This document shows positions 8,932 to 18,004 of a DNA stretch of 38,059 nucleotides, piece by piece. The notes under the pieces were generated by a model that saw nothing but the letters and a program-made list of their open reading frames with translations, had not been told where the DNA came from and did no database searches. The DNA is taken from IMG/VR virus record IMGVR_UViG_3300037790_000063, positions 1-38,059 of that record, one strand, 5' to 3'. The translations under genes were made by a program, and so were the position numbers. Each line of letters opens with the position of its first letter. The first letter of the stretch is position 1. This stretch comes from a virus (lineage: Duplodnaviria > Caudoviricetes).

Positions 8932-9719
8932 CCCCACAAACCACAGACACGAGCCAAGAGGCCAGATTTTTCATCCGCAAAAGTGGAGCGTATTACCGCC
9001 CAAATTCACGCGGGTACACGACAAGCGCCATCTGCGCCGGACTTTACACACAGGAAGAGGCCGAAAAGTTAACGCACCCAAACGGGCCTGACGGGCCAAG
9101 GGACGGAATGTCTTATATCTCTGAGCATATTTGTCCTGATGAGGACTGGCAAAAATACCGCACTCTCATTGCCGAGCGCGACGCCCTGCGCGACCAACTC
9201 GCAGCGGCCCGGAATGAGGCGCTTGGTGACGATAAAATCTTGGCCGCCGCAAACACCGCAATTCAGGGATATGTGGATGGTAGGGATAGCTACGCGAGGG
9301 GCGTACAGGCTGGCGTAAGTCGAATGTCCGCCGCCCTCAAGTACACCACCCCTGCCCCGCGCTGTGATGTTTGCGGTGACAGCGGGTCTGTATCCACCTT
9401 CGATATCGATCAGAATGGTGAGCATATTGAAATCGCATGCCCGGAATGCACCGCTTCCGCGCCGCACCAAATTGATCGAGTGTCGCTTGCTGATATTGAA
9501 GGGTACGGGACAAACACCACCCCTGCCCCGCGCGAAGTAACCGTGCAGGAGGCGGCGCGGGTGTTGCTGGATAACTCTGCGCACATGGATGACAAAGCAC
9601 TGTTTTCACTAACCCAAGGCATCCGAAATGAATCCGAATGGTCTTGGGAGCCAACGATAAGAGGGTCATCAGAAATCGCATGTCGGTTCCTCCGTGCCCT
9701 AGGAGGGGCAGAGCGATGA
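8928..9719 (+). CDS. Mosaic hypothetical protein with CxxC zinc-ribbon module
   Basis: YYRPNSRGYT...AGLYT N-terminal module; CDVC...CPEC module; VTVQEAARVLL C-terminal module. Confidence 0.7.
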   Translation: MTPQTTDTSQEARFFIRKSGAYYRPNSRGYTTSAICAGLYTQEEAEKLTHPNGPDGPRDGMSYISEHICPDEDWQKYRTLIAERDALRDQLAAARNEALGDDKILAAANTAIQGYVDGRDSYARGVQAGVSRMSAALKYTTPAPRCDVCGDSGSVSTFDIDQNGEHIEIACPECTASAPHQIDRVSLADIEGYGTNTTPAPREVTVQEAARVLLDNSAHMDDKALFSLTQGIRNESEWSWEPTIRGSSEIACRFLRALGGAER

Positions 9720-9913
9720 GTGATTGCACACACTGTGCGGGTATCGGCTGGGTATGCGAAGGACACCCGCATTTGCCGTGGGACGAAGTGAAGGGCTGCG
9801 AGTGTAGCGCCGGTGAGCCCTGTCCATATTGTAACAGTACAGACGGAGAAGTTCCGCGCATGCCTCCGGGAACGACCATTATATCCAGTGCCGAGGAGAA
9901 TGGCGATGACTGA
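9716..9913 (+). CDS. Cys-rich hypothetical protein
   Basis: CTHC..GWVCEGHP..W...CEC..G.PCPYC; ATGA overlap with upstream gene. Confidence 0.7.
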   Translation: MSDCTHCAGIGWVCEGHPHLPWDEVKGCECSAGEPCPYCNSTDGEVPRMPPGTTIISSAEENGDD

Positions 9914-10289
9914 TGCACCGGAACTGAAACCGTGCCCGTTCTGTGGCGGCGAGGCAGATTTCGAAAGTGTAGGCATGGACAGTCGGACTGTTTGGTATCG
10001 CGTTGTGTGCAGCACAGGTTGCTGCGCTGGCTCTGCGCCCCATGAGACATGCGAAGAGGCTACCGTTGCATGGAACACCCGCGCCGACACCATCACCGCC
10101 CTAGAGGCCGAGAACCAGAGGCTGCTGGATGCGCTGAGCGTGGCTATGAAAAAACTAACGCCGGGTATTCCTGGTGACAGCAGGGCTGTCCCGGACTGGT
10201 TTGTCGCGTGCGCTGCGGTCCAATGCGGACTCGATGACGATGACGGCAGGGTGGCCGAATGCCTGCGCGCAGCACTGGAGGGCGAATAG
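9906..10289 (+). CDS. Lar-family restriction alleviation-like zinc protein
   Basis: GAGGAG RBS; ELKPCPFCGGEA...WNTRA motif. Confidence 0.7.
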   Translation: MTDAPELKPCPFCGGEADFESVGMDSRTVWYRVVCSTGCCAGSAPHETCEEATVAWNTRADTITALEAENQRLLDALSVAMKKLTPGIPGDSRAVPDWFVACAAVQCGLDDDDGRVAECLRAALEGE

Positions 10290-10607
10290 ATGGCGTGCAA
10301 GTGCATCAGCTATAACCAGCCGCAGCCATGGCAGAGCGAACCCGAGCGCGTCCTGGAATGCCCGGAATGGGCGGTGTCCGGCGGCGCCAAACCGACTGTC
10401 TGCGTTGACGCCTGCATTGCTGACGCGGTTCAGGCGCTGTGGGATGCACGAATCTGGACCTATGGTTCGTGCTGTGGGCACGGCGATCCGACCAAACGAA
10501 CCGTAATTGTGGATCAGGCAGATCGTGACAAAGCCCGCAATGTGTTGGACCGGACGGATGCCTCAATCCGCGTCGGGGCTTGGGAGCTTATTTTTGACGG
10601 AGGTTAG
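10290..10607 (+). CDS. Conserved hypothetical protein
   Basis: VCVDACIADAVQALW..IWTYGSCCGHG motif. Confidence 0.7.
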   Translation: MACKCISYNQPQPWQSEPERVLECPEWAVSGGAKPTVCVDACIADAVQALWDARIWTYGSCCGHGDPTKRTVIVDQADRDKARNVLDRTDASIRVGAWELIFDGG

Positions 10608-12091
10608 ATTGAACGCGCCGTATTCTCCTGCTTCTCACCAACGGCGACGAGGCGAGGCTTGGCGCGATCTTTGCGACTCAAGAAAGCCAGGCGATTGAAT
10701 GCAGACGCAGCAGCGTCAACCTGATCTTTCAATTTCGCCTTCGGGAAGAACCGGAGCTCGTCGAGGAACGGCTTGGTCCAAAGACGCTTCAGGATCTTCA
10801 CCCTGTTTACTTCAACCTGCGCCGAGAAAGGTTCCGCGCGGGTTTCCTTGCTGCCGGACTGCACCTCGATCCGGGCGTTATAACCGGTCAGCATGGCCAC
10901 ATAATCCTCGGCTTGTACCTTGCCGGCTGAACCGGGATCCTGTGGGATCATGATGCCGCACGCGACGCCGTCGTCCTCGGCCGCCTGAGACACTTTCTCT
11001 CGGACTTTGCCGCCACTCCACTGCCCGCGCCGAACGTCTGCGATGATGAACTCCTTTGACTTGAGGCCGTAAAGCATCTTCACACCGGCACTGTACGCAC
11101 CGGTTCCGCCAGAACCCGCAAAGTCCCAGGCACGCACTTCAATGAACGGCTCATCAGGCAGTTCGTCAATCTGCTGAATGTTATCCACCGCGAACATGCC
11201 GCCTTTGCGCGGTGCTGGTCGCTGCTGGTTTTGCGCCGCAGTTGCGTAAGCACCCATATTGCTTTCCAGCTGGTCGAGCTCTGTCTTCGGGAAACGTTCG
11301 GGCCACATCAGTTCGCCGTCGTTCGACCGCGGGTCCGTCCACCCGATCGTCGTGTACTTGCGAAGTTCCTCTTCCCACCGCATGGGAATGCAGAGATGGT
11401 CGTACCCCATTTCCAGTGCAATCGAGGATACGTCTTCCTCGTGAACACGCTGCATGACGACTACGATGACCGAATCGACAAGGCTGTTCAGACGGTTCTG
11501 GGCAGATTCCATGAACCATTTCACCGCATCCGTTCGTCTCGCATCAGATTCAGCCTTTGACACGTCATGGGGGTCGTCAATCACAAACATGTCGCCACGA
11601 TAGCCGGTCGTGGCACCGTCAACAGAAATTGCCCGCATGACACCGTACTTGTCGTTGCTGAAGTTCACCTTCCCGCCCTCTTCGGTCGAGATTCCGACCC
11701 CGAATGTATTCGTGTACCATTCGGACTGAAGGATTCGGCGAGCTTCGACGTTATTTCGTTCGGCCAGGTTTAGAGCATAAGACGATGACAGGAATTTCAG
11801 GTGCCCCCGGTTCGTCCAGCACCATGTGGGCCAAAGAACCGATGTCAGCTTGGATTTCATCGACCCTGGTGGGACATTGATCACGAGGCGTTTGATCTGG
11901 CCGTCATTACAAGCTTCCAGATGCTCGCAGATTGCGTCAATAACCCAACCCCAAACAAGCGGCGTCCCAGGCTCGATTACCGGCCACGCCTGCTTTACGT
12001 ACTCGGCGAACGATCGGCGAGCGAGTTCGGCGCGGACTTTTTCCAGCGCCTCGGGTCCGACATTACGGATCTGATCGGGTGTGAGCATCAT
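10604..12091 (-). CDS. terL: Terminase large subunit
   Basis: LVINVPPGSMKS Walker A variant, FVIDDPHD Walker B, VVVMQRVHEED, RAWDFA and KDQVDA nuclease motifs; start taken at ATG 12091 (ORF is open to 12169). Confidence 0.92.
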   Translation of the reverse strand: MMLTPDQIRNVGPEALEKVRAELARRSFAEYVKQAWPVIEPGTPLVWGWVIDAICEHLEACNDGQIKRLVINVPPGSMKSKLTSVLWPTWCWTNRGHLKFLSSSYALNLAERNNVEARRILQSEWYTNTFGVGISTEEGGKVNFSNDKYGVMRAISVDGATTGYRGDMFVIDDPHDVSKAESDARRTDAVKWFMESAQNRLNSLVDSVIVVVMQRVHEEDVSSIALEMGYDHLCIPMRWEEELRKYTTIGWTDPRSNDGELMWPERFPKTELDQLESNMGAYATAAQNQQRPAPRKGGMFAVDNIQQIDELPDEPFIEVRAWDFAGSGGTGAYSAGVKMLYGLKSKEFIIADVRRGQWSGGKVREKVSQAAEDDGVACGIMIPQDPGSAGKVQAEDYVAMLTGYNARIEVQSGSKETRAEPFSAQVEVNRVKILKRLWTKPFLDELRFFPKAKLKDQVDAAASAFNRLAFLSRKDRAKPRLVAVGEKQENTARSI

Positions 12092-12095
12092 GTCG

Positions 12096-12127
12096 AAAAA
12101 AATACCCCGGTTTTGACACCGGGGCAA
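12096..12127 (-). promoter_or_regulatory. Terminator-shaped hairpin coinciding with a possible leaderless promoter for terL
   Basis: Minus strand CCCCGGT-gtcaaa-ACCGGGG then TATTTTTTT; the same bases read TTGCCC-17-TATTTT, 7 nt before the ATG. Confidence 0.55.
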
Positions 12128-12155
12128 GGCAGATTTCAAGCAGTGAGCTTTCAGT

Positions 12156-12692
12156 TTAGCTCGTGCCATCCTGATTCGTCAAGGATTTCACGACAGGTAT
12201 CAGTTGCGCTTCGGTTCCGTCATTCAACAGCATGACGTCACCAAGATTAGGGCGAAACTTCACGCCATTTTCACTGACATGGCTACCTTCAATTCCGCCG
12301 CGGCCCTGGACGTGGATGATTTTTCCGCCCATGTCGCGTATCATCGTCGCTTCGTTCTCAAACCTGACATCGTCGATGACCACATCGGTGATCTGAAGGA
12401 TGTCGCCCAGGCGCAGACGCATGTGTTTGACCCACAAGTCGGGGTCAACAGCGTTACGTCCCCATTCGGTCCCCAAGGTCTGCATCAGAAAGCGCGGGGT
12501 TGCACATCCGAGGCCGGGGATCGCGACCTCTTTTTCGTCACCGTCGATCTGTGCTTCAGTGAGCCCGAAGGCGCGCAACATGTCTTTCAGTGGCTGGGCG
12601 AACCGGAGGCGCCGGTACCCTGTCATCTGTGCGGCCGTAGTCTTTCCGGATCCGGCGGGCCCTGTGAATGCGATGAGTTTGTGCTGCGTCAT
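12156..12692 (-). CDS. Deoxynucleoside monophosphate kinase
   Basis: LIAFTGPAGSGKTT, FAQPLK, TPRFLMQTLGTEWGR, IDDVRFENE, HVSE motifs. Confidence 0.9.
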   Translation of the reverse strand: MTQHKLIAFTGPAGSGKTTAAQMTGYRRLRFAQPLKDMLRAFGLTEAQIDGDEKEVAIPGLGCATPRFLMQTLGTEWGRNAVDPDLWVKHMRLRLGDILQITDVVIDDVRFENEATMIRDMGGKIIHVQGRGGIEGSHVSENGVKFRPNLGDVMLLNDGTEAQLIPVVKSLTNQDGTS

Positions 12693-12949
12693 TTGTCTTC
12701 CCAACCTTGTGCGTCTGCGATGATGTTGGCGATTTCTTCCGAGACGGGGACGCAGGAGTACGTGGCGATCACAGATGCGCCACCCGTCGTGCTGAACAGT
12801 TTCGACAGTGTCTCGCCTCCCTTCTCGCACACGTCCTCGGTCGCCGCGTAGCCGAGCGTGCCAGAATCGATCACGTGACCGGGGATGGTCCCGTCATCGG
12901 TGTACTTCGTCGACAAGATGACGAATGCCAGTAGCCATACAGTGTTCAT
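12689..12949 (-). CDS. Hypothetical protein with N-terminal hydrophobic segment
   Basis: MNTVWLLAFVIL; two Cys; overlaps next start. Confidence 0.65.
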   Translation of the reverse strand: MNTVWLLAFVILSTKYTDDGTIPGHVIDSGTLGYAATEDVCEKGGETLSKLFSTTGGASVIATYSCVPVSEEIANIIADAQGWEDK

Positions 12950-12950
12950 T

Positions 12951-13337
12951 TCAGATGTCCTTGATGTATTTACATTCTTCGGAACGTAGGATCGCAAGTG
13001 TATCTTCGTTCGGGGCGAATGTTGGATCCGCCCGATACTGTTCTGCTTCCTCTATTTGATCGAGAAACGCCAATTGCGACGTGCATTGCGCGCAGAGACT
13101 AACTGCCGGACGAAGCTCAATTGACGCATCGGAGTCAGGGAGAACACCAACGCAGTACAAGTGTTCGCCGCAAAAGTATCCCTCGCATGAACAGCCCCCT
13201 TGATTCCCAACATCGCTCCCGCACGCGTACGACATTCCGCGGTCGATCTTGGTTTCGCACCCCGGGTGGTCGCATGTTGCTTCAACGAGATACCCTGCCT
13301 CTTTGCCGCTCGGTAACGTATATCGTCCGTACCCCAT
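12951..13337 (-). CDS. Cys-rich hypothetical protein
   Basis: GGAGG RBS; GY..ATCDHPGC..IDRG..Y.CG...GYFC..HL motif. Confidence 0.7.
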   Translation of the reverse strand: MGYGRYTLPSGKEAGYLVEATCDHPGCETKIDRGMSYACGSDVGNQGGCSCEGYFCGEHLYCVGVLPDSDASIELRPAVSLCAQCTSQLAFLDQIEEAEQYRADPTFAPNEDTLAILRSEECKYIKDI

Positions 13338-13338
13338 G

Positions 13339-13635
13339 TCACTTGGCCTCCAAAAGTTTACCTTCGTCAGTGGCAACGAGTGGTCTGCGCCCCTCGCCGT
13401 TGTTCACGCACAGACGACCAAATCGGTCCTTGAACAGTGGACCATCGTACTCCAATTTCTCTAACCTCACCTTCACCTTGCTTGCACTTCCGTCTGCTTT
13501 CAGACGGGCGTATTTCCCTTTTGACAGTTCAATGAAGAGTGACCCATCCATTTCAACGAGACCGACTTCCTGGTACACGCCACTTGTCGAAATGATTGCA
13601 CTTCCGTCTTCGATGTCTCTGAAACCCATCACCAT
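13339..13635 (-). CDS. Hypothetical protein
   Basis: ORF track; tightly packed in operon. Confidence 0.65.
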   Translation of the reverse strand: MVMGFRDIEDGSAIISTSGVYQEVGLVEMDGSLFIELSKGKYARLKADGSASKVKVRLEKLEYDGPLFKDRFGRLCVNNGEGRRPLVATDEGKLLEAK

Positions 13636-13838
13636 ACCTCATGGTCTTGCCAGCTGTACTGGCTGATTACGTTCGGATCCGCCTTTGGTCCGAACACTAT
13701 GATGTCGTCTTCACCGACGTCACCATACATGCGATGATCGTGGATCAGATGAATGAAATCCGGCGGCCCGAACACTCGAATGGCGCGGATGTACTCATCA
13801 CCACGGAACCCGACGAAATGTACGTGAGCCGCCGTCAT
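13629..13838 (-). CDS. Conserved phage hypothetical protein
   Basis: GAGG RBS; VHFVGFRGDEY..A.RVFG.PDFIH motif. Confidence 0.7.
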   Translation of the reverse strand: MTAAHVHFVGFRGDEYIRAIRVFGPPDFIHLIHDHRMYGDVGEDDIIVFGPKADPNVISQYSWQDHEVW

Positions 13839-13973
13839 GTCAGAACCTCGGTTCGTCGCCATCGAAAAGTGCTGACGGGTTCGGAACGATGCGTCCGTCA
13901 TCTCCATAAACCCACACGGCCTGTCGGTTGTCGATGATCCCGGCGGCGTGCAGGTCTGCGCTCATTCGCGGGG

Positions 13974-14243
13974 TCATTTCCGGACCTCCCTGTAGACGCG
14001 CACGCGCTCGTCCTCACGGAATGTCGCCAGCCGCTGATTTGCTGCGCTTACGGTGACGTGGCCGTCCCTGCGGGACCATCCGTTGACGGGAAGTCGCGCT
14101 GCGTTGCCCGGGAACTCGACGATGTCACCGGCAGTGAGGTTCTTCGCCATCTTGTTGATGACCCGGGGCCGCGGTCGCTTCTCGGGCTCGTCGACGATTT
14201 TCATCAGGTGGCTGACCTGTTCTGACGTCAGTGTAATCTGCAT
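13974..14243 (-). CDS. Hypothetical protein
   Basis: GAGGAGGG RBS; ORF track. Confidence 0.7.
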   Translation of the reverse strand: MQITLTSEQVSHLMKIVDEPEKRPRPRVINKMAKNLTAGDIVEFPGNAARLPVNGWSRRDGHVTVSAANQRLATFREDERVRVYREVRK

Positions 14244-14256
14244 TTTATTGCCCTCC

Positions 14257-14583
14257 TCAGTTGAACTCGGTAACCTTCGGATGCGGCCACAATTTGTGCT
14301 CCCATCCGTGTACCTCCGTATCGTTCAGCAGGCCGTCGCAGATGGCCCGCCAAATGACGGCCGCACGCGTCCCATTGAACTCTCCTGATGTCAGTCCTTC
14401 CCACCCGGGGAACACTTCTCGAAACCGCGGCGCCTCTTCCGCTGTCCAAGAAAACGGCGGGATGCTGACGTCGCCGTCGTTAACCATCCCGGCAGTCGGG
14501 TTTCGCAACTCTTTGATCAATGCTTCTGCCTGAGCATAATCAACACCCGCACGATCGGCAGCAGTTCTCAAAATATCGTTCAC
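14257..14583 (-). CDS. Hypothetical protein
   Basis: AAGGA RBS, GTG start; ORF track. Confidence 0.65.
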   Translation of the reverse strand: MNDILRTAADRAGVDYAQAEALIKELRNPTAGMVNDGDVSIPPFSWTAEEAPRFREVFPGWEGLTSGEFNGTRAAVIWRAICDGLLNDTEVHGWEHKLWPHPKVTEFN

Positions 14584-14594
14584 GTCCTTGTTCC

Positions 14595-14951
14595 TTATCT
14601 GGATAGTTTCGACAACACGTCAGCCGCCAAGGCGCGGGGGTCATTGTGTCCGTCCTTGATTGCCGTAAGCGCTGCCAGCAACTCGTCTTGCGAAATCTGC
14701 ACTGTGATGACCGGAGGATAGATACGCCTGAATGCGGCTTGCATATCCCCCATTGATGGCTGTGAAGCGAGGCGCTCCCTTACGTCCTCCGCCGCTCCCA
14801 TCAAGGCTTCTAGTTCGCTTTCACCGGCCGCCCGCCGCGCTTGCTCAAATTCACGCCTCCATCGGTTCACAGTTCCCCAATCCCAAGGATTATCCGGGAA
14901 AACATCACGATACGTTAGTTTGCGATTGTGCAGCGCAACCAATGCCCTCAC
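14595..14951 (-). CDS. Hypothetical protein
   Basis: AAGGAG near start; ORF track. Confidence 0.6.
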   Translation of the reverse strand: MRALVALHNRKLTYRDVFPDNPWDWGTVNRWRREFEQARRAAGESELEALMGAAEDVRERLASQPSMGDMQAAFRRIYPPVITVQISQDELLAALTAIKDGHNDPRALAADVLSKLSR

Positions 14952-14958
14952 TCCTTTG

Positions 14959-15390
14959 TCAGACCCCGTTCACGGCCGGTAAGAGCGGAATCCTGGCATC
15001 AAGGTGGTGTCGTACCCCATTGCGGACCGCCCCGTGGAAACAAACCCTTCCGTCTCGACAGCTGAGATCCCAATGTGCGCTTGCTGCTTCCGCCGCGGCG
15101 ATTGCCACTGTGCATTCCGCGATAAAGAATGAACGATTGTCGGTAACGATCAGGTTCGTGTCACCGTTGCGCCACGATCGGAAAGCCGACGGATAAAAGC
15201 TTTCGTCCAAATCGGGTTTGAAACCAAGAGCGGTGAGTTTTTGTTCGTCGGCATCACCGAGAAGCACCAGGAAGTCCCAATCATTACCGGCGCCTAGGCC
15301 GACGATGCGTTTGGACCCGACGAGGCAAACGCGGTTTTCGTTGATCTTCAGAGCAGCGGCAAGTTCGAGTTCATTACGATATGATTGCAT
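14959..15390 (-). CDS. Minimal nucleotidyltransferase-like protein
   Basis: hGS...DxD motif (LVGSKRIVGLGAGNDWDFLVL) of the Pol-beta superfamily. Confidence 0.55.
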   Translation of the reverse strand: MQSYRNELELAAALKINENRVCLVGSKRIVGLGAGNDWDFLVLLGDADEQKLTALGFKPDLDESFYPSAFRSWRNGDTNLIVTDNRSFFIAECTVAIAAAEAASAHWDLSCRDGRVCFHGAVRNGVRHHLDARIPLLPAVNGV

Positions 15391-15391
15391 C

Positions 15392-15658
15392 TCACATCCC
15401 CAATGCTTCTTTGTACATGTCGAGGACTGCTTCTTCCTCGCTGAGATCGTCCTTGTCGCGCTTGCGCATGGCGATGACCTTCTTCATCACCTTCGTGTCA
15501 TAGCCGCGTGCCTTGGCTTCGGCGAAGGATTCCTTGATCTGCTCGGCGATGTCCTTTTTCTCGGCTTCCAGGCGCTCGATGCGCTCGATGAACTGACGAA
15601 GCTCGGCTGCAGTGACACGATAGTTCTCCGACGGTTCTTCAGGTACGGTTGGTAGCAT
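15392..15658 (-). CDS. gapR: GapR/DUF2312 (UPF0335) nucleoid-associated protein
   Basis: ELRQFIERIERLEAEKKDIAEQIKE.FAEAKARGYDTK.....IAMRK...EEEAVLDMYKEALGM matches alphaproteobacterial GapR. Confidence 0.88.
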   Translation of the reverse strand: MLPTVPEEPSENYRVTAAELRQFIERIERLEAEKKDIAEQIKESFAEAKARGYDTKVMKKVIAMRKRDKDDLSEEEAVLDMYKEALGM

Positions 15659-15679
15659 TTCGGGTTTCTCCTGTTGATT

Positions 15680-16003
15680 TTACCACGCGACCCTTACGGT
15701 CACGGATTCGTTAAACCACGTACGTTCGTGATCGGTACGAAGCGGTGTTTCGAGGATCGCGCGGCGGAATTTACGACACGGGACCATACATCCGGGCTGG
15801 ACGTACCATGTGTCACCGTCACGAGTGCCGCTTTTTTTGGTTCTGGTGACAACAAGGATTTCACCTTCCGGTGTAGGCTCGTAGTGTTCTCCATTTACCA
15901 TTACGACGTCCGGTTGCCCTTCCATCAGGACGTTGAGAACGAGTTCCCTGGTTCCGACATACGGCTTCTTGTTGCCTTTCGTCGTGTACATTCTGTCAGT
16001 CAT
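15680..16003 (-). CDS. Hypothetical protein
   Basis: GAGAGG RBS; ORF track. Confidence 0.65.
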   Translation of the reverse strand: MTDRMYTTKGNKKPYVGTRELVLNVLMEGQPDVVMVNGEHYEPTPEGEILVVTRTKKSGTRDGDTWYVQPGCMVPCRKFRRAILETPLRTDHERTWFNESVTVRVAW

Positions 16004-16153
16004 CGAAAAGTGCCTCTCGTAGCAGTGTCTTCACGTAACGTTGTGTGGTGCTGTGGCGGTGGGCCAGGATGACCACAGTGGGGCGGGGGGTTGTGGACTC
16101 GTAGTCCCGCAGGATCTTCAGGTCGCGCTCGTCACGCTGTCGTTCAGTCATCT

Positions 16154-16363
16154 TCATTTCAGCGCAACCATCTTCACGGTCTCCATGTTGACAAGATATG
16201 CCGTGTCCTTGCCGATGACGATGCGTGCGCAGGGGCCGATGAGTTCCAGAGAGGTTGCGTTGTGAATTACGGTTTTCTCTCCGTCAATGAAGTCGATTAC
16301 AATGTCGAACTCGCGTTCTCCCTTGGCATCTTCGAGCAGCGTTACGTTATCCATGCGAATCAC
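16154..16363 (-). CDS. Hypothetical protein, first gene of the leftward operon
   Basis: GGAG RBS; start at 16363 or 16354. Confidence 0.65.
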   Translation of the reverse strand: MIRMDNVTLLEDAKGEREFDIVIDFIDGEKTVIHNATSLELIGPCARIVIGKDTAYLVNMETVKMVALK

Positions 16364-16364
16364 T

Positions 16365-16657
16365 CCGTTATTTCCGGTTATGGTAGCAGATTGCTATCGG
16401 ATTTTGAAATTTTCTAGCGAAATATTTTGTAAACAGAGTTTTTAAAGTTGCGTTGGGTTCTGGGGGCAGCAACGAACGCGACGATCCGAATCGGTTCGGG
16501 CTTTTTTGAAACCAGGCGTGTCAAGGGGATTGACAAAAGAAACCAACCGCAGCCGATGATTCTTTTTGTTTCGCACACATTGTGAAAGAAAATGCTTGGC
16601 GAGCGTGACGAATCAGACGATATTGTTAGCAGACGGCAAACAACTAGGAATGACACA
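16365..16657. promoter_or_regulatory. AT-rich divergent control region
   Basis: Non-coding between divergent operons; back-to-back TGTCAA/TTGACA (16519-16535), CACATTGTG, CGAATCA and TGTTAG-N7-CAAACA motifs. Confidence 0.65.
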
Positions 16658-16834
16658 ATGTTCACTTTCGCTCTTATCGTTATCACCTGGAACGCAGACG
16701 GTAGCTCTGCAGACGCATACGTTATGGACTCCGGCATGACCGGCGAAGACTGCATTCAAGCGGCCATCGACTATGACCCGACGGCAAACGCCATGGGTTG
16801 GACCGTTTCTTGCGAGTTGGAGGCAGCACAATGA
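16658..16834 (+). CDS. Small hypothetical protein
   Basis: AGGA RBS; MFTFALIVITW...YVMDSGMTGEDC. Confidence 0.65.
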   Translation: MFTFALIVITWNADGSSADAYVMDSGMTGEDCIQAAIDYDPTANAMGWTVSCELEAAQ

Positions 16835-17055
16835 AACTCACCATCAACCGTCAGGCCCCGAATTTCGTAACGCTACACAATGAGGATGGCGCGTGGGTCG
16901 GGCCCGGTCTGGGTGACTTCCGCACCGCACGTGACGCCATCAAGTGGGCGCATGCAAACGGTCACAGTGTGGACGGCGTTAAACAGGTTCCGATTTGTCT
17001 TATGGACATTGTAAACCGTATCAACGAAACCGCCGCAACTGTGGCAGTAGTGTAA
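16831..17055 (+). CDS. Hypothetical protein
   Basis: GGAGG RBS; ATGA overlap. Confidence 0.7.
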   Translation: MKLTINRQAPNFVTLHNEDGAWVGPGLGDFRTARDAIKWAHANGHSVDGVKQVPICLMDIVNRINETAATVAVV

Positions 17056-17067
17056 GAGGGCGGAACC

Positions 17068-17391
17068 ATGATAAAAAAGCCCATTAACCTGTCACCGGAA
17101 GAATCGCACGCAGTCGAAGATTTGACGTTGTACACTGTCAACACTCGCGAATTATACCCGTTCGCCCAGCGGATCATGCACGGCCTTAAGACGCGAAACC
17201 TCAAAAGCTACAATGCCACCGAAGTTCACCCTTGGTGGGTGGGCCATGCAAAACGTGGGCACCGTTACTATGAGAACGAAATGGGCGCTTGTACCCATAC
17301 CGCAATCATGCGCGCGGATCATGTTTTGCGGGTCGCAGCGTGGCAAATCGCGGATCACTATGAAGACGAATTGAAGGAACTGGAACAATGA
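17068..17391 (+). CDS. Hypothetical early protein
   Basis: ORF track; LYTVNTRELY motif. Confidence 0.7.
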   Translation: MIKKPINLSPEESHAVEDLTLYTVNTRELYPFAQRIMHGLKTRNLKSYNATEVHPWWVGHAKRGHRYYENEMGACTHTAIMRADHVLRVAAWQIADHYEDELKELEQ

Positions 17392-17942
17392 AAAACGGTT
17401 ACACTAAAAGCACCACAACTTGTAGTTTCTGTGGCCCGCTGACCGAGTTTACCGTACCGGCGGGTACCCAGGTTCAGTATAGTGATGAGGCGGGATCGTG
17501 GGTGCTATCGCAAGAAACCGCCGCGAGACTGTCCGACAACGAACATGACGCAAAATACCGTTTCGCGCGCATCGCAGATGATAACGTCCAGCCGCTCACC
17601 ATGAGGAAAGACTATCTGGATGGTAACGCTACGTTCGCAGAATACTACGGGGAAGTCATCACGGCAGCAAAGTGTCGAGCGTCATTTAGCGATGAATTCA
17701 AGGCGTTACTGCGCGCCGAATTCGACAAAGGCAACACATCCTTTAACCGCGCAGACGGTGGCCCCCGTGATTTCGACTTGTCGCATTGGGACGCAATGGT
17801 GTTGCGTATGGACCGGGGTTCTCTTGACGCGGAACTACGCAAGCGCGGAGATTATACAACGCAGGCAGGTCTTGTTTGTGTGATCAAGGAACTCGCCCGC
17901 ATGGCCATTGGTGAACGCCACCGGAGCAAGAAACCCGCTTGA
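17388..17942 (+). CDS. Hypothetical early protein
   Basis: ATGA overlap; ORF track. Confidence 0.7.
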   Translation: MKNGYTKSTTTCSFCGPLTEFTVPAGTQVQYSDEAGSWVLSQETAARLSDNEHDAKYRFARIADDNVQPLTMRKDYLDGNATFAEYYGEVITAAKCRASFSDEFKALLRAEFDKGNTSFNRADGGPRDFDLSHWDAMVLRMDRGSLDAELRKRGDYTTQAGLVCVIKELARMAIGERHRSKKPA

Positions 17943-18004
17943 CGTTTCACAGCGTCGCGCCACGCGCGCGACGTCACTAAACGCCAACAAAGGAGGTCGA
18001 AATA

